From NCBI GenBank assembly GCA_030706665.1, contig JAUZOB010000001.1, positions 1 through 41,419 on the forward strand: DNA of 41,419 bases, in the 5' to 3' direction. This DNA comes from Bacteroidota bacterium (GTDB lineage: Bacteria > Bacteroidota > Bacteroidia > Bacteroidales > Prolixibacteraceae). The translations under genes were made by a program, and so were the position numbers. Below, in pieces: positions 38,891-41,419 of this stretch. The first letter of the stretch is position 1, and each line of letters starts with the position of its first letter. The notes beneath the pieces were generated by a model. The model saw only the letters and a list, made by a program, of their open reading frames with translations, searched no databases and had not been told where the DNA came from.

Positions 38891-41419
38891 ATGAAAAAGA
38901 TAATCTTTGTTATTCTCTTAGTATTGCCATTGTGGATGTTGGCTGCTGAGCCGGATAAGACTTTCACGAAATCGGATAATACTCTAAAAGTTCTTCTGAA
39001 AGATGGAACGCTTCAATTAACGCTCTATTCTGACAGAATTATAAGAGTTGAATTCTTTGTCAAGGGAAAAGATCAAAAATCAACTGATCTGGTTATTGTT
39101 AAAAACCCAGAGACTATTGAATGGAATGCAAATAAGTCAGGAGAAGATTATTATTTTGTAACGAAGTCTCTTTTTGTACGCATTACAAAAGACGGAGCTG
39201 TTTCTTTCAGCGATTTGAAAGGAGGCCTGTTGGCTGAAGAGATAATAAAGGACCGCAAGTTGACCCCAAAGAGTGATTTTGGGAATAAAACCTATGTCGT
39301 TCAGACAGCATTCAAGTCTCAGGGGGAAGCTCTTTATGGAATGGGGCAGTTTCAGAATGGATTGATGAATTGGAAAAATACCCCTTTGCGTCTGAAACAA
39401 TACAATCAGGAAATTGCAGTCCCTTTCCTGGTTTCGACAAAGGGGTATGGTATCTTATGGAATAATAACTCGGTTACAGATTTGAATGTTCCCGAACAGG
39501 AATTGGCTTTTAATGAATGTGTTGATGAAACAAAGAATACATGGAAAGCAACTTTTACTCCTAAAGAATCAGGATCTTATAATTTTGCAGTTGAGAGTCT
39601 GAATCCCAAAGGCAATCGTTTTTCAGGGCCAATTTTATTGACTATTAATGGGGATACAGTTATACATTACAATACGCCTTGGGTACCTGAATTTCATACG
39701 GGGCGCATTTTTCTCGAAGCCGGTAAAACCTATGATGTTGTTTTCACCAATACGAATGCACAGGAAAAAGGACGAGTATTGTACAATACTCCCGGGTATG
39801 ACAAGACACTATTCCGAAGTAATATAGGATCAAAAGTTGATTACTTCTTTGTTTATGGAGGAAATCCGGAACGTGTTATCTCAACTTATCGTGAATTGAC
39901 CGGAAAGGCCCCGATGTTCGGGAAATGGGTCTATGGGTTCTGGCAGTGTCGGGAACGTTATCACTCACAGAGCGAACTGTTGGAAAATGCACGTGCCTAC
40001 CGTGATCAAAATATCCCGGTCGATAATATAGTGCAAGATTGGAACTATTGGCCAGACGGGACCTGGGGCCCTGAGTGGAATCGGAAACTATATCCGGACC
40101 CTGCTGATATGTGCCGACAATTAAAGAGTATGAATTATCATCTGATGGTTTCGGTATGGCCCAAAGTGACCAACCCTGCTCTTGAGAAAAGATATAATCT
40201 GAAGAAATATAAGATTGACAAGAATGGAAATCTTGATTTTTTCAATCCTAAGTTAGGTGAGAACTATTTTAAGATGCTGGAAGATTCAATGTATAACAAG
40301 GGCGTAGATGCAATCTGGCTTGACGGATCTGAACCTGAAGCTTATCCTGTAGGGGCAAAGACAGAGGAGGGATCATTCGACAAAAATGCACTGACTTATT
40401 CCCTGATGTTAACGCGAGCTGTTTACGCGGGGCATCGTAAGGATTTTCCGAATGAAAGAGTATTTAATCTTACCCGATCTGCTTTCCTTGGGCAACAACG
40501 TTATGGCGCGGCAGTGTGGTCAGGTGACGTGTTAGCAAGTTGGGAACAATTTCGGGAACAAATTCCTGCCGGACTGAATTATTCAATGGCAGGCCTTCCT
40601 TTCTGGACCACAGACATCGGAGGTTTTTTCAGAGACAAAAATTCATTGAACCCGAAATTTGATAACCAGTATACAAATCCTGAGTATAAAGAACTCTTGA
40701 CACGATGGTTTCAATTTGGAACATTCTGTCCTATTTTTAGAATACATGGGTATGTTTCAGAAACAGAGGTTTGGCGTTATGGCAAACCTTTCGAAGACAT
40801 GGCTCGTGAGTTTATAGACCTTCGTTATCGTCTGATGCCTTATATCTATTCCTTATCGTGGAATGTGACCTATCGGGGAGCATCCATGATGAAACCGCTT
40901 GCCCATGATTTCCCTAATGATCTGATGACCTGGAATATATCAGATCAATTCCTTTTTGGCTCTAACCTTATGATTTGTCCTGTAACAAAATATCAGGCAA
41001 GATCGCGGAAGGTATATTTCCCTGCAGGAACTTGGTATAACTTCTGGACTGGAGAAAAGAACCTGGGCCAGATGGAAATTAATACTGAGGCTCCTTTAGA
41101 ACGTGTCCCTATATTTATTAAGGGCGGGTCTATTATTCCTATTGGGCCCAAGGTGCAATATGCATTGCAGAAAAGTAACGAACCTATTGCAATCCTTCTT
41201 TATACCGGAGCCAATGGCGACTTTACATTGTATGAAGATGACGGGGAAACGAATAATTATGAGAGGGGTGATTATTCAGAGATCCCGATTACCTGGAATG
41301 AAACTAAGAGAGAACTGGTATTTGGCGATCGCAGAGGTTTCTTCAGAGGGATGTTACGCAATCGGAAATTTAATATTGTAATAGGAAATGGGAAGAAAGG
41401 GCTTGCCGGAATTAATTAC
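38891..41419 (+). CDS. GH31 alpha-glycosidase (alpha-xylosidase/alpha-glucosidase-like) with PA14-like insertion; 3' end beyond the window
   Basis: Absent from the ORF track because it is open-ended. My own translation gives 843 codons without a stop. It starts with the signal peptide MKKIIFVILLVLPLWMLAAEPD. GH31 blocks present are KWVYGFWQCRERY, DNIVQDWNYW, DAIWLDGSEPE (nucleophile region), WSGDV and FWTTDIGGF (acid/base region). An inserted ~100-aa segment (SGSYNFAVESLN...GKTYDVVF) resembles a PA14 domain. Confidence 0.88.
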   Translation, partial: MKKIIFVILLVLPLWMLAAEPDKTFTKSDNTLKVLLKDGTLQLTLYSDRIIRVEFFVKGKDQKSTDLVIVKNPETIEWNANKSGEDYYFVTKSLFVRITKDGAVSFSDLKGGLLAEEIIKDRKLTPKSDFGNKTYVVQTAFKSQGEALYGMGQFQNGLMNWKNTPLRLKQYNQEIAVPFLVSTKGYGILWNNNSVTDLNVPEQELAFNECVDETKNTWKATFTPKESGSYNFAVESLNPKGNRFSGPILLTINGDTVIHYNTPWVPEFHTGRIFLEAGKTYDVVFTNTNAQEKGRVLYNTPGYDKTLFRSNIGSKVDYFFVYGGNPERVISTYRELTGKAPMFGKWVYGFWQCRERYHSQSELLENARAYRDQNIPVDNIVQDWNYWPDGTWGPEWNRKLYPDPADMCRQLKSMNYHLMVSVWPKVTNPALEKRYNLKKYKIDKNGNLDFFNPKLGENYFKMLEDSMYNKGVDAIWLDGSEPEAYPVGAKTEEGSFDKNALTYSLMLTRAVYAGHRKDFPNERVFNLTRSAFLGQQRYGAAVWSGDVLASWEQFREQIPAGLNYSMAGLPFWTTDIGGFFRDKNSLNPKFDNQYTNPEYKELLTRWFQFGTFCPIFRIHGYVSETEVWRYGKPFEDMAREFIDLRYRLMPYIYSLSWNVTYRGASMMKPLAHDFPNDLMTWNISDQFLFGSNLMICPVTKYQARSRKVYFPAGTWYNFWTGEKNLGQMEINTEAPLERVPIFIKGGSIIPIGPKVQYALQKSNEPIAILLYTGANGDFTLYEDDGETNNYERGDYSEIPITWNETKRELVFGDRRGFFRGMLRNRKFNIVIGNGKKGLAGINY

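Overview
AT-rich Bacteroidota chromosomal segment. The phylum call rests on the T9SS translocon SprA, TAnnTTTG-type promoter boxes, a GSCFA protein and a serine-palmitoyltransferase-like gene. It is mostly core housekeeping, almost all on the + strand: dxr-rseP, tatA, pepA, pdxA-ruvA-sprA, gltX, flavodoxin, cyclophilin, an APC permease, and an initiator tRNA on the - strand. I found no integrase, transposase, CRISPR array, toxin/defence-like genes or obvious compositional island, so I do not see a convincing novel system. Two edge-truncated genes are missing from the ORF track: a MutS-related membrane paralog (1-1109, -) and a GH31/PA14 glycosidase (38891-41419, +). The parts worth a second look are: (1) a split alpha-glucan/glycogen locus (16.4-28.2 kb) with a tightly coupled GH133-GT4-GH57 operon, interrupted by a GSCFA gene and a rubrerythrin that carries a lipoprotein signal peptide; (2) a ~180-nt collinear imperfect inverted repeat ending in a U-tract between glgP and gltX, which could be a structured sRNA, a 3'UTR element or a MITE-like remnant; (3) a two-gene alpha-oxoamine-synthase + SDR operon that probably makes a sphingoid or capnoid (sulfonolipid) long-chain base; (4) several unusually long non-coding spacers with palindromes or phased repeats. 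All functional calls come from motif recognition by eye, and no database search was possible.
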